From positions 1 through 64,000 of IMG/VR virus record IMGVR_UViG_3300022745_000023: 64,000 bases of DNA. One strand, given 5' to 3'. The stretch's first letter is position 1. Each line of letters starts with the position of its first letter. The notes beneath the pieces were generated by a model. It ran no database searches. It saw only the letters and a list, made by a program, of their open reading frames with translations, and was not told where the DNA came from. Shown piece after piece: positions 53,730 through 62,727 of this stretch. Made by a program: the position numbers and the translations under genes. This DNA is from a virus.

Positions 53730-54281
53730 TCAAAAGGGAATGTCGTCATCAAGATCATCACCAAATCCGCCGCCGCCCGTCTGGCCCCAGCTTCCACCGC
53801 TGCCACTGGTTTGCCCCCAGCCGCCGCTATCGCGCTGCTGGCTTCCGCCGCCCGACTGGCCGCGTTGGGTGCTGGAACCATAGCCGCCGCGCCCTTCGCT
53901 GCGATCACCGCCGCCGCTTTCATCGCCTTCACGCCGGTCGAGAAGGATCACCTGCCCGCCGAAATTGGCGATGCAGATTTCGGTCGAGTAGCGGTCATTG
54001 CCGCTCTGGTCCTGCCACTTCCGGGTGCGAAGCTGCCCTTCGACAAAAATCTTGCTGCCCTTGCGCGTGTATTTTTCGATGACGCCGATCAAGCCTTCAT
54101 TGAAAATCTGGACCGTGTGCCATTCAGTCTTGCTTTTGCGCTCACCGCTTTGCTTGTCAGTCCAGCTTTCGCTTGTAGCGAGGCGAAGCTGTGCAACCTT
54201 TCCGCCACCCTGAAAGGAGCGGACTTCCGGGTCCGCTCCAAGGTGGCCAATCAGTTGCACTCGATTGAGTGAACCTGCCAT
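53730..54281 (-). CDS. ssb: Single-stranded DNA-binding protein
   Basis: MAGSLNRVQLIG.LG.DPE; DDDIPF tail. Confidence 0.97.
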   Translation of the reverse strand: MAGSLNRVQLIGHLGADPEVRSFQGGGKVAQLRLATSESWTDKQSGERKSKTEWHTVQIFNEGLIGVIEKYTRKGSKIFVEGQLRTRKWQDQSGNDRYSTEICIANFGGQVILLDRREGDESGGGDRSEGRGGYGSSTQRGQSGGGSQQRDSGGWGQTSGSGGSWGQTGGGGFGDDLDDDIPF

Positions 54282-54293
54282 TTTTCTTCCTCC

Positions 54294-54989
54294 TTACGAC
54301 CGGGCCGAAATGCCTTCGACCGGGATAGCCTTGACGCCCGGAATGTTCAGCTTGTCCTTGAGCGCCGTCGCCATCTGATTGAGCGGCTTCATGTCGATCT
54401 GGACGCATTCCCAAAATTCGGGGGTTTCGAGGGCGTGCCGGACAAATTCGGCTTTGTCCACCAATTCCGCACGCCAGCGCGTGGTAGTGGTGATTCCTGC
54501 CAGTTTCGTCTGCTGCTGCACTTCGGGAACCGAGGCGGTGACCATGGTCGCGGCGGTCTGGATGGCGATGGCCCCGGCAATGTCGCCTTCTTTTTCGGCC
54601 TCGGCAGCTTCGGCGGCAAGACGCTGGCGTTCTTCCTCGGCTGCCTTCTCGGCTTCGCGGCGCTTTTCGTCCGCGATGCGCTGCTGTTCGCGGCTGTACG
54701 TAAGCATGGTCCCCTTGAGAGCGGCTTCCGCTTTTTCCAGCGTTTCGAGGGGCTTGCGGAAAAGGTCCATGACCTCTTTCTTTGCCTTGTCCATCGGGCC
54801 GGTGATGGCCTTGCGGCGATCTTCAAGCGTCTTGTATTTGGCCTTGATGGCGCGAAGTTCTTCGCCCGCGATTTCATACATTTCGGGGCTGTCGATGGTG
54901 AACGACTGCGCGGTCGTCAGGATGGGATTCGCTTCCGCTTCAAGCTGTTCTTTCGCGGGAATCTTGGCGATGGCATTAGGAGTCGTCAT
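54294..54989 (-). CDS. Coiled-coil recombination-module protein
   Basis: RKAITGP..KK..DLF..P..LE; IPGV C-terminus. Confidence 0.75.
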   Translation of the reverse strand: MTTPNAIAKIPAKEQLEAEANPILTTAQSFTIDSPEMYEIAGEELRAIKAKYKTLEDRRKAITGPMDKAKKEVMDLFRKPLETLEKAEAALKGTMLTYSREQQRIADEKRREAEKAAEEERQRLAAEAAEAEKEGDIAGAIAIQTAATMVTASVPEVQQQTKLAGITTTTRWRAELVDKAEFVRHALETPEFWECVQIDMKPLNQMATALKDKLNIPGVKAIPVEGISARS

Positions 54990-55609
54990 GCTCTTTCCTT
55001 TACTGCTGGCTCGTAAGCGACCTTGTGGTTGTTGCGGTGCGCCCAATTCATGAGGGTGAGTGCGCTGACAAAGACCGGCCAATCGGTCCTGTCCCTATAG
55101 GTGTGCAGCTTCCACTTGCCGGTGCGGAGAAGCTGCACCGCATAGCGCCCGGTGTGCTTGGGTGCTTTCGGATCACCGGCATGGATAGCCTCGGCATATG
55201 CGGCAGTCTGCATCCCGGTAGTGGGATACATGCTGGCCACCGCCTTAATGTCGATGATGGACAATTCGCCCTGAAAAATTCCAGAACGGTCCAGCGTGCC
55301 GGCATAGCGCAAGTGCGGGTGAAAGACCCGTTGCTCGATCTGGATTGGGACAAAGCCAGTCTTGGCGCGAAAGTCGGCCCATGCGTCGATGTAAGGACGC
55401 AGTTCCGCGCCGACCGAATCCCAATCCAAATCATCCTGATCGTAAAGTTCGCAACCAAGGTGGACGCCGTGGCCGCGCGTCTTTGCATATTCGAGAATGC
55501 TCTCTCGAATGCAGGAAAGGTCAGTCATCATGCCGAGGATCTGGGTCACGGAGGGGACTAAATCCCCCCCATGCCGATACGTATGGCTTGGCTCGTCGAA
55601 AGTAAGCAT
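54986..55609 (-). CDS. PD-(D/E)XK exonuclease
   Basis: PSVTQIL, RG..VH, E..YAGTLD..IDIK, Q..AY. Confidence 0.9.
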   Translation of the reverse strand: MLTFDEPSHTYRHGGDLVPSVTQILGMMTDLSCIRESILEYAKTRGHGVHLGCELYDQDDLDWDSVGAELRPYIDAWADFRAKTGFVPIQIEQRVFHPHLRYAGTLDRSGIFQGELSIIDIKAVASMYPTTGMQTAAYAEAIHAGDPKAPKHTGRYAVQLLRTGKWKLHTYRDRTDWPVFVSALTLMNWAHRNNHKVAYEPAVKERA

Positions 55610-56565
55610 TACTGCGCCTTGACCCAAGCGATGATGCTGTTTGCCGTTGCGGTGTCGATGCCGTCAAGGGTGTCGATGCCAAATTCACTGGCCACCTTTT
55701 CCCAAGCGATCTGCTTTTCCTGCGCCTTGTTGCGGATGAAAGCCAGCATCCCCGGAGAAGCGGGGTCGCCGCCAACAACTTCCCGCTTCTGGGATTCGCC
55801 GCCTGCCTCGTTACGCTCGGCGCTCACCTTTTCGCGCGCGTCGCCTTCGATGACATTGCCGCCGATCTGCATGCCATCGTCCGGCTGGTGCTCAATTTCC
55901 TTAGGCTGATCCTTGGCCTTGCCACGCGCCTTCGGCATGGCAACCGCCTTTTGTTCGCCAACCTCACGAAATTCAGCTTCGACAATCCGCTCGGCCTCGT
56001 CCTGATCGAAGATGCCGGTGAAGCCGAATGCGATGCGGGCGCACTGGATTTCGGCCTTGTGGCGCAGGAAACGCTTGGTATGCGTCTGCCACGGCCCATT
56101 GACCTTGTAAGGGCCTCGGTTCCCGTTGCCCTCGAATGGAGGCCGGTAAACCTCGTCCAGAAATTCGCGGATCACAATCGGACGGCTGCGATCCTTACGA
56201 TAGATCACGCATTCGATCCACTCCGGCGCGTCAACAAGCGCGCCGGGCATACGGATCATGCTTTCGGACTGACGGAACTCGATCCCGTCCATCATCGGGT
56301 GCTCGTTGATGATGCGATTCCAGCCATCGACGCCGACAACAGGCACGATCCCGTTCTTCTTGTCGGGGAAGGCGTAGATTTCCTTCGTCCAAGGATTCAA
56401 GTCATACTGATTGGCGACGACCAGCAAGGCAATCATCTGCGCGTCGGTCACTTCCCTTTCGGACCTGAACGCGGTGTCCTTGAGTGCGTCGATAAGATTG
56501 CTGCCGTCCTCTATGCCAAGCGACTTCGCCAGCTTGGCTGTCAGGGACGTAAGAGCGTTGCTCAT
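55609..56565 (-). CDS. bet: RecT/Bet ssDNA annealing protein
   Basis: LNPWTKEIYAFP, VGVDGW, W..HTKRFLRHKA.IQCARIAFG. Confidence 0.95.
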   Translation of the reverse strand: MSNALTSLTAKLAKSLGIEDGSNLIDALKDTAFRSEREVTDAQMIALLVVANQYDLNPWTKEIYAFPDKKNGIVPVVGVDGWNRIINEHPMMDGIEFRQSESMIRMPGALVDAPEWIECVIYRKDRSRPIVIREFLDEVYRPPFEGNGNRGPYKVNGPWQTHTKRFLRHKAEIQCARIAFGFTGIFDQDEAERIVEAEFREVGEQKAVAMPKARGKAKDQPKEIEHQPDDGMQIGGNVIEGDAREKVSAERNEAGGESQKREVVGGDPASPGMLAFIRNKAQEKQIAWEKVASEFGIDTLDGIDTATANSIIAWVKAQ

Positions 56566-56644
56566 GCGGACTTCCTTCGAGTGCCCTATTTCGCGCTTGT
56601 CGGGCTTCGGGGTGGCGGCGCGTCACCATGTATCTGATGGCTAA

Positions 56645-56673
56645 AGCCTATACCCCGCGAGTAAAGAAGTCCA
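56645..56673 (-). promoter_or_regulatory. Early promoter with overlapping operator
   Basis: TGGACT-17-TAGGCT; TATACC-CCGCG-AGTAAA at 56649-56665. Confidence 0.65.
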
Positions 56674-56721
56674 GCACTTTTGATGCCCTAGGCGCTAAAT
56701 ACGTCAAATCCTAGAAAAGTC

Positions 56722-56738
56722 CTATCCAGTCAGGTAAA
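56722..56738. promoter_or_regulatory. Putative operator
   Basis: CTATCC-AGTCA-GGTAAA overlapping a TAAAAT -10. Confidence 0.5.
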
Positions 56739-56765
56739 ATCCTACCTTTCGTCCGAAGGAACGAT

Positions 56766-57008
56766 GTGAGCAAGACTGATGTGGTAGCCACGCTGGTTGT
56801 CAGCGCGAACGGTGACGGAACGTGCGGCGCCCGTCTGGACGGCACGATCCCTGCGGATCTAGCGATCCCCTTTATGCTGCGTCTGGATCAGGTCGAGATT
56901 GCGCTGATGAAGTTCAGCCAGCCGTTCGACGTCAATGAACTAGGCGAACGCCTATCGGAGGCCAGTGTGCCGATAGAATATTTCGCGGATCGAATTGCGA
57001 ACGGCTAG
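56766..57008 (+). CDS. Hypothetical protein in the immunity region
   Basis: AAGGA RBS, GTG start. Confidence 0.55.
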   Translation: MSKTDVVATLVVSANGDGTCGARLDGTIPADLAIPFMLRLDQVEIALMKFSQPFDVNELGERLSEASVPIEYFADRIANG

Positions 57009-57146
57009 GTAAAGCTGATAGCGCTCGGCTGCATCTGATGAGCAGGTGATGACGGCGCGCACGGTGCCGTCACGGTGGAGCGTAAAAACGGCTCTCGGCT
57101 TCTGGTTAGCCGCGCCGCCGGGTCTTTTGAACGCGATTACTGCCAT
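56952..57146 (-). CDS. Small protein downstream of the repressor
   Basis: GAGG RBS, start MAVIAF. Confidence 0.45.
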   Translation of the reverse strand: MAVIAFKRPGGAANQKPRAVFTLHRDGTVRAVITCSSDAAERYQLYLAVRNSIREIFYRHTGLR

Positions 57147-57543
57147 TGCTTTCCTCGAAGGCAATATCAAATGGCCCAACATCGAAACCGCCGGTCGGCG
57201 GGGTCTGCTGGCAATACGCGGCGATCTGGTGGATCAGCCTGCTTAACTGGTCACGCAAAGGGGCGGGTAGCATCTGCATCGAATAAGCCGCTGCCATGAC
57301 TTCCCCGGCAACGGGCGATCCATGCGCTTGTGCGCCGTCATGAATCGTATCGAGGTAGCCTCGATCTAGGCCAAGTTTGCGCTCAAGTTTGCGCGCGATC
57401 TCATCCCCGATAGCTTTCTTCCCGCTCTTGATCTGGGAAAAATAGCTGGGGTTCATCTCAACCTTTCGACAAAAATCGATGATTTTTCGATGCTTGTCGC
57501 TCAAGGCAAGAAGGTTCTTCAAACGGATTTCGCGCGTCTCCAT
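57106..57543 (-). CDS. cI: CI-like repressor (HTH; no S24 peptidase domain)
   Basis: EIRLKNL..SYFSQI..IG..ARKLE..LGL..GYLD; divergent from cro. Confidence 0.85.
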   Translation of the reverse strand: METREIRLKNLLALSDKHRKIIDFCRKVEMNPSYFSQIKSGKKAIGDEIARKLERKLGLDRGYLDTIHDGAQAHGSPVAGEVMAAAYSMQMLPAPLRDQLSRLIHQIAAYCQQTPPTGGFDVGPFDIAFEESNGSNRVQKTRRRG

Positions 57544-57587
57544 CTCCCCCCCGGTAGCGCGGCCAATTGCTACATTTTGCCACAAAC

Positions 57588-57604
57588 ATTACCGATTGGG
57601 TAAT
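57588..57604. promoter_or_regulatory. Operator in the cI/cro switch
   Basis: ATTACC-GATTG-GGTAAT. Confidence 0.7.
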
Positions 57605-57695
57605 CGCTGCGGAACGGGTTGTCTCAATTTTTTGTGCAATTGACAACATGGGGACGCCCCAAGGTTGCCCTAAGAGATAAATTTCATCGCCTCTC

Positions 57696-57731
57696 TTGCC
57701 CATGGTTACGCTGCAAGGTAAAGTGCACGCA
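57696..57731 (+). promoter_or_regulatory. PR-like promoter; leaderless cro mRNA likely
   Basis: TTGCCC-17-TAAAGT, 6 nt before the ATG, no SD. Confidence 0.6.
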
Positions 57732-57982
57732 TGGGTACGATCAACGACTTCTTCATCAAGCATGGGACCGAAGGGTTCCGTCGCCTCGCAGAGCGGGCCG
57801 GGACCAAGGTGTCCTATCTCCTGCAACTCAACTATATGCCGAGCAAAGTGCCATCCGTTCGGATGGCGCAACGCTTGATCGCCGCCAGCGATGGGGAACT
57901 GACGCTGGAAGGCTTGGCGAATCCCCAAAAGCGCTTGGCGCGCGAGGTCCGGCGGCAACAGGCTGCCGAAGCGCAAGGGTGA
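57731..57982 (+). CDS. cro: Cro-like HTH protein
   Basis: LAERAGTKVSYLLQL..PS..A..L..AS.G.LT. Confidence 0.85.
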   Translation: MGTINDFFIKHGTEGFRRLAERAGTKVSYLLQLNYMPSKVPSVRMAQRLIAASDGELTLEGLANPQKRLAREVRRQQAAEAQG

Positions 57983-58341
57983 ACCGCCGTCTCTATGCCC
58001 TTGGCCGTCTCCCGAAAGGGCAAAAGAACAAGACGGAACAGGCATACGAGGACCAGTACCTCAAGCCGTGCCTGCACGCCGGGGAAATTCTCTGGTATCG
58101 CTTTGAGGGCATCAAGCTAAGGCTGGCGGACAACACCTTTCTGACTGTTGATTACGCCGTCCTTCGCAGGGACGGCCTTTTGGAAATGGTCGATGTGAAG
58201 GGTGGCCCGCGCGTGTTCACCGAGGACGCGCGCGTGAAGATGAAGGTCGCCGCCGAAACCTACCCGTTCATGTTCAGCGTGGTTTATCCGGTTTCCAAGA
58301 AAGATGGCGGCGGGTGGAAGAAGGAGTGCATCGGTGAATAA
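57979..58341 (+). CDS. DUF1064-like PD-(D/E)XK nuclease
   Basis: NKTE..Y, FEGIKLRLA..DY..DVKG..K.K. Confidence 0.85.
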   Translation: MNRRLYALGRLPKGQKNKTEQAYEDQYLKPCLHAGEILWYRFEGIKLRLADNTFLTVDYAVLRRDGLLEMVDVKGGPRVFTEDARVKMKVAAETYPFMFSVVYPVSKKDGGGWKKECIGE

Positions 58342-58380
58342 CTGGTGTCGCATCTGCGTTGACCAGTTGACGCCGCAAAG

Positions 58381-58397
58381 TTTACCTCTCAAATAAA
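58381..58397. promoter_or_regulatory. Putative operator upstream of the replication genes
   Basis: TTTACC-TCTCA-AATAAA. Confidence 0.45.
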
Positions 58398-58400
58398 AAC

Positions 58401-58434
58401 AAAGCCGCGAGGTGCAACCAACACCTCGCGGCTT
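58401..58434. terminator. Strong hairpin (terminator/attenuator)
   Basis: AAGCCGCGAGGTG/CACCTCGCGGCTT. Confidence 0.65.
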
Positions 58435-58460
58435 CTGCTCACCCTCGTCTAAGCAAGGAA

Positions 58461-58829
58461 ATGACGCCAATGAGTGATAAGAACAATAGCGGACAACCTT
58501 GGACAGCGCAAGCCAAAAACCGCCAATTTCCGGGATTTGATGCGCTTGCACCCTCCACCGAACCGCCAGAGGAAAAGAACTGGCGCGCGACTGCGTACAA
58601 GGCCTTTTTAGCCTTCATCAGCGAGCGGTGCGGGCAAACTTTCCTGTGCGAGGATTTTCGTTCATCCCTCCCGGCTAGCTTTCCCCAGCCCAACGATCCG
58701 CGTAAATGGAGCGTGGTCATCATGGATGCCGCGCGTGACGGCCTGATCGTGAAGGCTGGCTATCGCATCACCAAGGGCCTCGGTTCGCACCCCCGCGCGA
58801 TGATGCTGTGGGAGGTTTGTGCGAAATGA
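58461..58829 (+). CDS. Winged-helix-like phage protein
   Basis: F..EDFR..P..DPR.W..AA..G.I...G..SH..W. Confidence 0.7.
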   Translation: MTPMSDKNNSGQPWTAQAKNRQFPGFDALAPSTEPPEEKNWRATAYKAFLAFISERCGQTFLCEDFRSSLPASFPQPNDPRKWSVVIMDAARDGLIVKAGYRITKGLGSHPRAMMLWEVCAK

Positions 58830-59596
58830 ACTATTACGAGAGGCACCTTGGGGATTACGCCAAGGACACGGCGCACCTCTCGGTGATGGAGCATGGTGCG
58901 TACAACCTGCTTCTGGACCGCTATTACGCTACCGAAGCTGGCATCCCTGCATCGCAGGCCCATCGCGTTGCGCGCGCGCGCTCCAAGGAAGAGAAAGAGG
59001 CTGTCGATGTGGTGCTGGAAGAGTTTTTTCAGCTTTCCGATAGCATCTGGATCAACAACCGAGCGGAAACCGAGATTGCCAAATATCGCCGCAAATCCGA
59101 GGCAGCAAAGGAAAACGGGAAGAAAGGCGGAAGGCCAAAAAAGGAACCTATTGCAGAAGCTGGTGCGAACCCAGAAAAAACCCAAGGGTTTCTATCCGCT
59201 TCCAATCAGGAAACCCAAGAGAAAGCTCACCAGACACCAGTAACCAGTAACCAAGATTCCGTTCCTACCGGAACGGGCGCTTCGCAGCCAAAAACGGCTG
59301 ATCCTGCGGAAGTCATTTTTGGGTATGGCGTCCCCTTGCTGGTGAACGCCGGCACGCCCGACCGCAATGCTCGCTCATTTCTCGGTGGGTTGCGTAAAAC
59401 CCATGGCGACAAGGCTGTGGTCGATGCTCTCCGCGAATGCCTCCGCGCCAAGCCCTTGCAGCCCCTCGAATGGCTTGCTGCTGCCCTTCCCCCGAAAGCA
59501 AGGGCTGGCAGTTCCGCAAAAGGTCATCCGGGGCATCGGACCTCGTTCGATGACATTGATTATTCGCGTGGCGTGAACCCGGATGGGAGTTTCTGA
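58826..59596 (+). CDS. DUF1376/YdaU-family replication initiator
   Basis: MNYYERHLGDY.KDT.HLS..EHGAY.LLLD.YY; NGKKGGRP. Confidence 0.9.
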   Translation: MNYYERHLGDYAKDTAHLSVMEHGAYNLLLDRYYATEAGIPASQAHRVARARSKEEKEAVDVVLEEFFQLSDSIWINNRAETEIAKYRRKSEAAKENGKKGGRPKKEPIAEAGANPEKTQGFLSASNQETQEKAHQTPVTSNQDSVPTGTGASQPKTADPAEVIFGYGVPLLVNAGTPDRNARSFLGGLRKTHGDKAVVDALRECLRAKPLQPLEWLAAALPPKARAGSSAKGHPGHRTSFDDIDYSRGVNPDGSF

Positions 59597-59598
59597 CC

Positions 59599-60384
59599 AT
59601 GAATGACCTTTCTTCTCTGATCCACACAACGCCGAACAAGCGCCCCGGCCATTGCGAGAAGCACGGCGAATTTGAAGCTGAAAACTGGATCGGTTCGATC
59701 TGGACTGGTTGCCCTTCCTGCGATGAGGAGGCCAAGCGCGCCAAAGCGGAAGCGGAAGCGCTCAAGCGCAGGGAATCGGATTTGTCCCGCTGGCAATGGC
59801 GCATCCGTGGCTCCGGCATCCCTGACCGTTTCCATGGCAAGGAATTGGATTCGTTTGCCGCTGAAACGCCGGAGCAACAGCGGGCGCTTCGGAGCGCGGT
59901 GCGCTACGCGAATGAGTTTGATGAAGCGATGAAAACGGGTCGCTCCATGATGTTCCTTGGCAAGCCGGGCACCGGCAAGACGCATCTGGCGGCTGGCATC
60001 GGCCAGTGCCTTATTCGCAATGGCCGGAAGGTGATGTTTACGACCGTGATTCGTGCGGTGCGCCGGGTCAAAGATACGTGGTCGAAGGGCGCGCAGGAGA
60101 GCGAAACGGACGCCATTCGCCTGATGGTCGAGCCGGACCTTCTGATCCTTGATGAAGTCGGCGTTCAGTTCGGCAGCGATTTTGAACGCAACATGCTGTT
60201 TGACCTCATTAATGAGCGGTATGAATCGTGCAAGCCTACCTTGATCCTCTCCAACCTGTCCCTTGAAGAGGTTGGGGTGTTTCTCGGTGAACGGATCATG
60301 GACCGCCTGCGCGAGAACGGCGGGCGCTGCGTCCTTTTCTCGTGGGACAGCTATCGCAGGAATGCGGATCAAGGCCGTGGATGA
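59599..60384 (+). CDS. DnaC/IstB-like helicase loader ATPase
   Basis: GKPGTGKTHLA, LLILDE, RY..PT..SN, RIMDRL. Confidence 0.95.
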   Translation: MNDLSSLIHTTPNKRPGHCEKHGEFEAENWIGSIWTGCPSCDEEAKRAKAEAEALKRRESDLSRWQWRIRGSGIPDRFHGKELDSFAAETPEQQRALRSAVRYANEFDEAMKTGRSMMFLGKPGTGKTHLAAGIGQCLIRNGRKVMFTTVIRAVRRVKDTWSKGAQESETDAIRLMVEPDLLILDEVGVQFGSDFERNMLFDLINERYESCKPTLILSNLSLEEVGVFLGERIMDRLRENGGRCVLFSWDSYRRNADQGRG

Positions 60385-60784
60385 TCTGTTCGGATTCAGC
60401 GAAGCCGCCAGTGTGCAGCCCTCTGGGGCTGTGCCGCGCGAAATGATTCCCGGCATCACTTGGGACCATAGGGCCGAAGCGATGTATCAGGACGCCGTGA
60501 AAGAATTGAGGAACAGTTTTGAAGGAAAGTGGTCCAAGCCCAAGTTTGCCGCTGATGTGGATAGGGAAGCGCGCTGGACCGTGGAACTATGGCTGCATCG
60601 CCGGTTCCTGAAAGATCGCGTGATGGATGCGATGAGCGTCCCTGACGATCGGGCCAAGATTGCGCTGGTGGCCGATTGGCGGCGCATGTACGGCAACCCG
60701 CGCACCGAATACCTGATTAAGGTTCTTCGCACGCCCGCGCTCAAGTCCATCGTCATGTCATTTGAAGCGGAGAAAAGCCGGTGA
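60377..60784 (+). CDS. Hypothetical protein
   Basis: GTG start overlapping the ATPase end. Confidence 0.6.
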   Translation: MDDLFGFSEAASVQPSGAVPREMIPGITWDHRAEAMYQDAVKELRNSFEGKWSKPKFAADVDREARWTVELWLHRRFLKDRVMDAMSVPDDRAKIALVADWRRMYGNPRTEYLIKVLRTPALKSIVMSFEAEKSR

Positions 60785-61254
60785 AGTGCATGTTCGCCAA
60801 GGGGCAGGGGAATTGTTTGGTCCCTGCTGATCCGAATGCCGAGAAGTTCATCGCCTCTTTGAAGGCTGGCGGTGGCGCTTGGGTCGAGACGAAAAAGGCT
60901 CGCTCAATCAAGTTTCACCGCCTGTTTTTTTCGCTGTTGCAGCTTGCTTTCGATATGTGGGAGCCGAAGGGCGAAAAGCTGTGGAAAGGTGAGCCTATCC
61001 GTAAGGATTTTGAGCGGTTCAGAGAAGATGTATTGATTTTGGCCTCGCACTACGAGGCGTCATATTGCATTGATGGTTCGGTGAAGCTGCGAGCCAAGTC
61101 GATTTCGTTCGCATCGTGCGATGAGTTTGCCTTCCGTGAAGTTTATGACGCTGTTCTCGATGTGGTTTGGGAAAAGATCCTTCGCGAGGCTAATTTTCGC
61201 TCGAAGGAGGAAGTCAACAATGTAGTCAATCAACTAATGGCGTATGGCGGGTGA
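60781..61254 (+). CDS. DUF1367/NinB-like protein
   Basis: RSIKFHRLFF.LL, KSISFA..DE..F..VY. Confidence 0.85.
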   Translation: MKCMFAKGQGNCLVPADPNAEKFIASLKAGGGAWVETKKARSIKFHRLFFSLLQLAFDMWEPKGEKLWKGEPIRKDFERFREDVLILASHYEASYCIDGSVKLRAKSISFASCDEFAFREVYDAVLDVVWEKILREANFRSKEEVNNVVNQLMAYGG

Positions 61255-61793
61255 TGGTGGAGGTTGTTTACGAGTCAATTAGTGGGGTGCAGGGGCAGTA
61301 TTTTCGCTGCCCTTTTGGCGTCGCCAAACTGCTTTCTACCAAGGCTTGTGCGGGCCTCTATTGCGAAGCCATGTCGCCCAAGGGTTTGCGTGATGGCCTT
61401 CGCATAGCATGTCGTAGCTGCGAGGTCGGCGCTTCTCATGCTGGTGTATCGGTGACAACCGCGTCATCTTCGCGCTTCCTCGGCACCATGACTTGCTCTC
61501 GCTGCCAAAAACAAGCAACCCGGCTCATTCGTAAGTCTCTCTGTGTGGGCTGCTACAACCGCGAAATCGAGTTCCTGAAAGGCCGAAACGCGAAAGGCGG
61601 CAAGCCGATTCACGCGAAGCCTGTAGCCCCTGCATTGATCGCGTGTCAGGTTGGCGAAGAAGTCGCTATGCGGGTTCGCCGGCTAGATCGCGTCACCTCG
61701 CGCATTGAAGCTGTGCTTTCCGTCCTGCGGCTTGAGGACAAATCTGTCTCGTTCGGCTGGATCGGCGCTTCTGTGGTCAAGGGGGATACCTGA
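61251..61793 (+). CDS. Cys-rich Zn-finger protein
   Basis: CRSC, CSRC, LCVGCYNRE. Confidence 0.75.
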   Translation: MMVEVVYESISGVQGQYFRCPFGVAKLLSTKACAGLYCEAMSPKGLRDGLRIACRSCEVGASHAGVSVTTASSSRFLGTMTCSRCQKQATRLIRKSLCVGCYNREIEFLKGRNAKGGKPIHAKPVAPALIACQVGEEVAMRVRRLDRVTSRIEAVLSVLRLEDKSVSFGWIGASVVKGDT

Positions 61794-62164
61794 TGCAGGA
61801 CAGCTTGTTCGATAGCCTCGAAACTGTTCGTGCGCCTGCCAAGCTGCGCCGCAAGCGGATAAGCATGGGGTGGGAGTTCACCGACCATGCCTGCCGCAAC
61901 TGCATGGGGCGCGTGATGCGCCGGGTGAATCTTGATGACACGGTTGTCGTGCGCTGCGCTGAATGCGGTTCCTCGGCTGTCGGGGAACCGGCCTCGCTCT
62001 GCTGGTGCGGCGTGGAAGTGCGGAATCATGGCGCTGCCTTTGAGTGCTTCCGCAATCCCAACATTTCCCTTACAACTCCCCAAGAAGTATTGGTTCGTGA
62101 ACGAAAGGTGGAGCGCAAGCCGCCGCTGGTTCGTGTTGCGGCCCCGGTAAGGAGTCGTGAGTGA
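61793..62164 (+). CDS. Zn-ribbon protein
   Basis: HACRNC, RCAECG, LCWCG. Confidence 0.75.
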   Translation: MQDSLFDSLETVRAPAKLRRKRISMGWEFTDHACRNCMGRVMRRVNLDDTVVVRCAECGSSAVGEPASLCWCGVEVRNHGAAFECFRNPNISLTTPQEVLVRERKVERKPPLVRVAAPVRSRE

Positions 62165-62727
62165 TGACAGGGCAGCGCAAAGCGCCCGTTGATTGGCTTC
62201 GGGCGCGCACGCTTTGGGAGGCCGACCCTACGCTGACTCAAGCAGCGCTCGCCCGGATGCTCAACGTGTCGAAGGTGCAGGTCACTAAGCACGTAAAGGC
62301 GCAGGGCTGGAAAAAGCTGAAAGAGCAACAGGGCGCAGAACAGGTTGTCCGGCAGCGGGCTTACTCGCGCGCCGACGAGCGCGTGGCCGAAGCGGAGCAA
62401 ATGGAAGCTGCCATTTCTGCGCCGCCGCCTGAACACCCCAACGCCCCGGCTATCCCGCCGCCTCCCGCATCTGCCATGGTTGATACGGCGGTCGAAATGC
62501 GCGCCAAGATCCTTGAGCGTCATCGGCGCGAACTGGATGGCGCGCGGGCGCGCGTTTACAAGGCTCTAAAAATCCAAGACGTCAAGGATGCGTTCGATGA
62601 GGCCAAGGTTGCCAAGATCACCTCTGAAACGCTCAAAATCATTCAGGACGCCGAGCGTAAGGCTTGGGGCCTCGACAACGAGGCTAAGCCGGTCAAGCTG
62701 GTCTATGACAAAGAAAGTGAATGGTGA
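62161..62727 (+). CDS. Probable terminase small subunit
   Basis: DW..AR..W HTH..GW; Q.AERKAWGLD; position before packaging genes. Confidence 0.7.
   Translation: MMTGQRKAPVDWLRARTLWEADPTLTQAALARMLNVSKVQVTKHVKAQGWKKLKEQQGAEQVVRQRAYSRADERVAEAEQMEAAISAPPPEHPNAPAIPPPPASAMVDTAVEMRAKILERHRRELDGARARVYKALKIQDVKDAFDEAKVAKITSETLKIIQDAERKAWGLDNEAKPVKLVYDKESEW

Noticed and set aside
56600-57730. Alphaproteobacterial LexA box (GTTC-N7-GTTC) controlling an antirepressor
   Set aside because: No correctly spaced direct repeat found by eye in the intergenic regions.
57619-57978. 240-aa N-terminally extended DUF1064 ORF
   Set aside because: The extension overlaps cro and the switch region; GTG 57979, coupled to the cro stop, is the plausible start.
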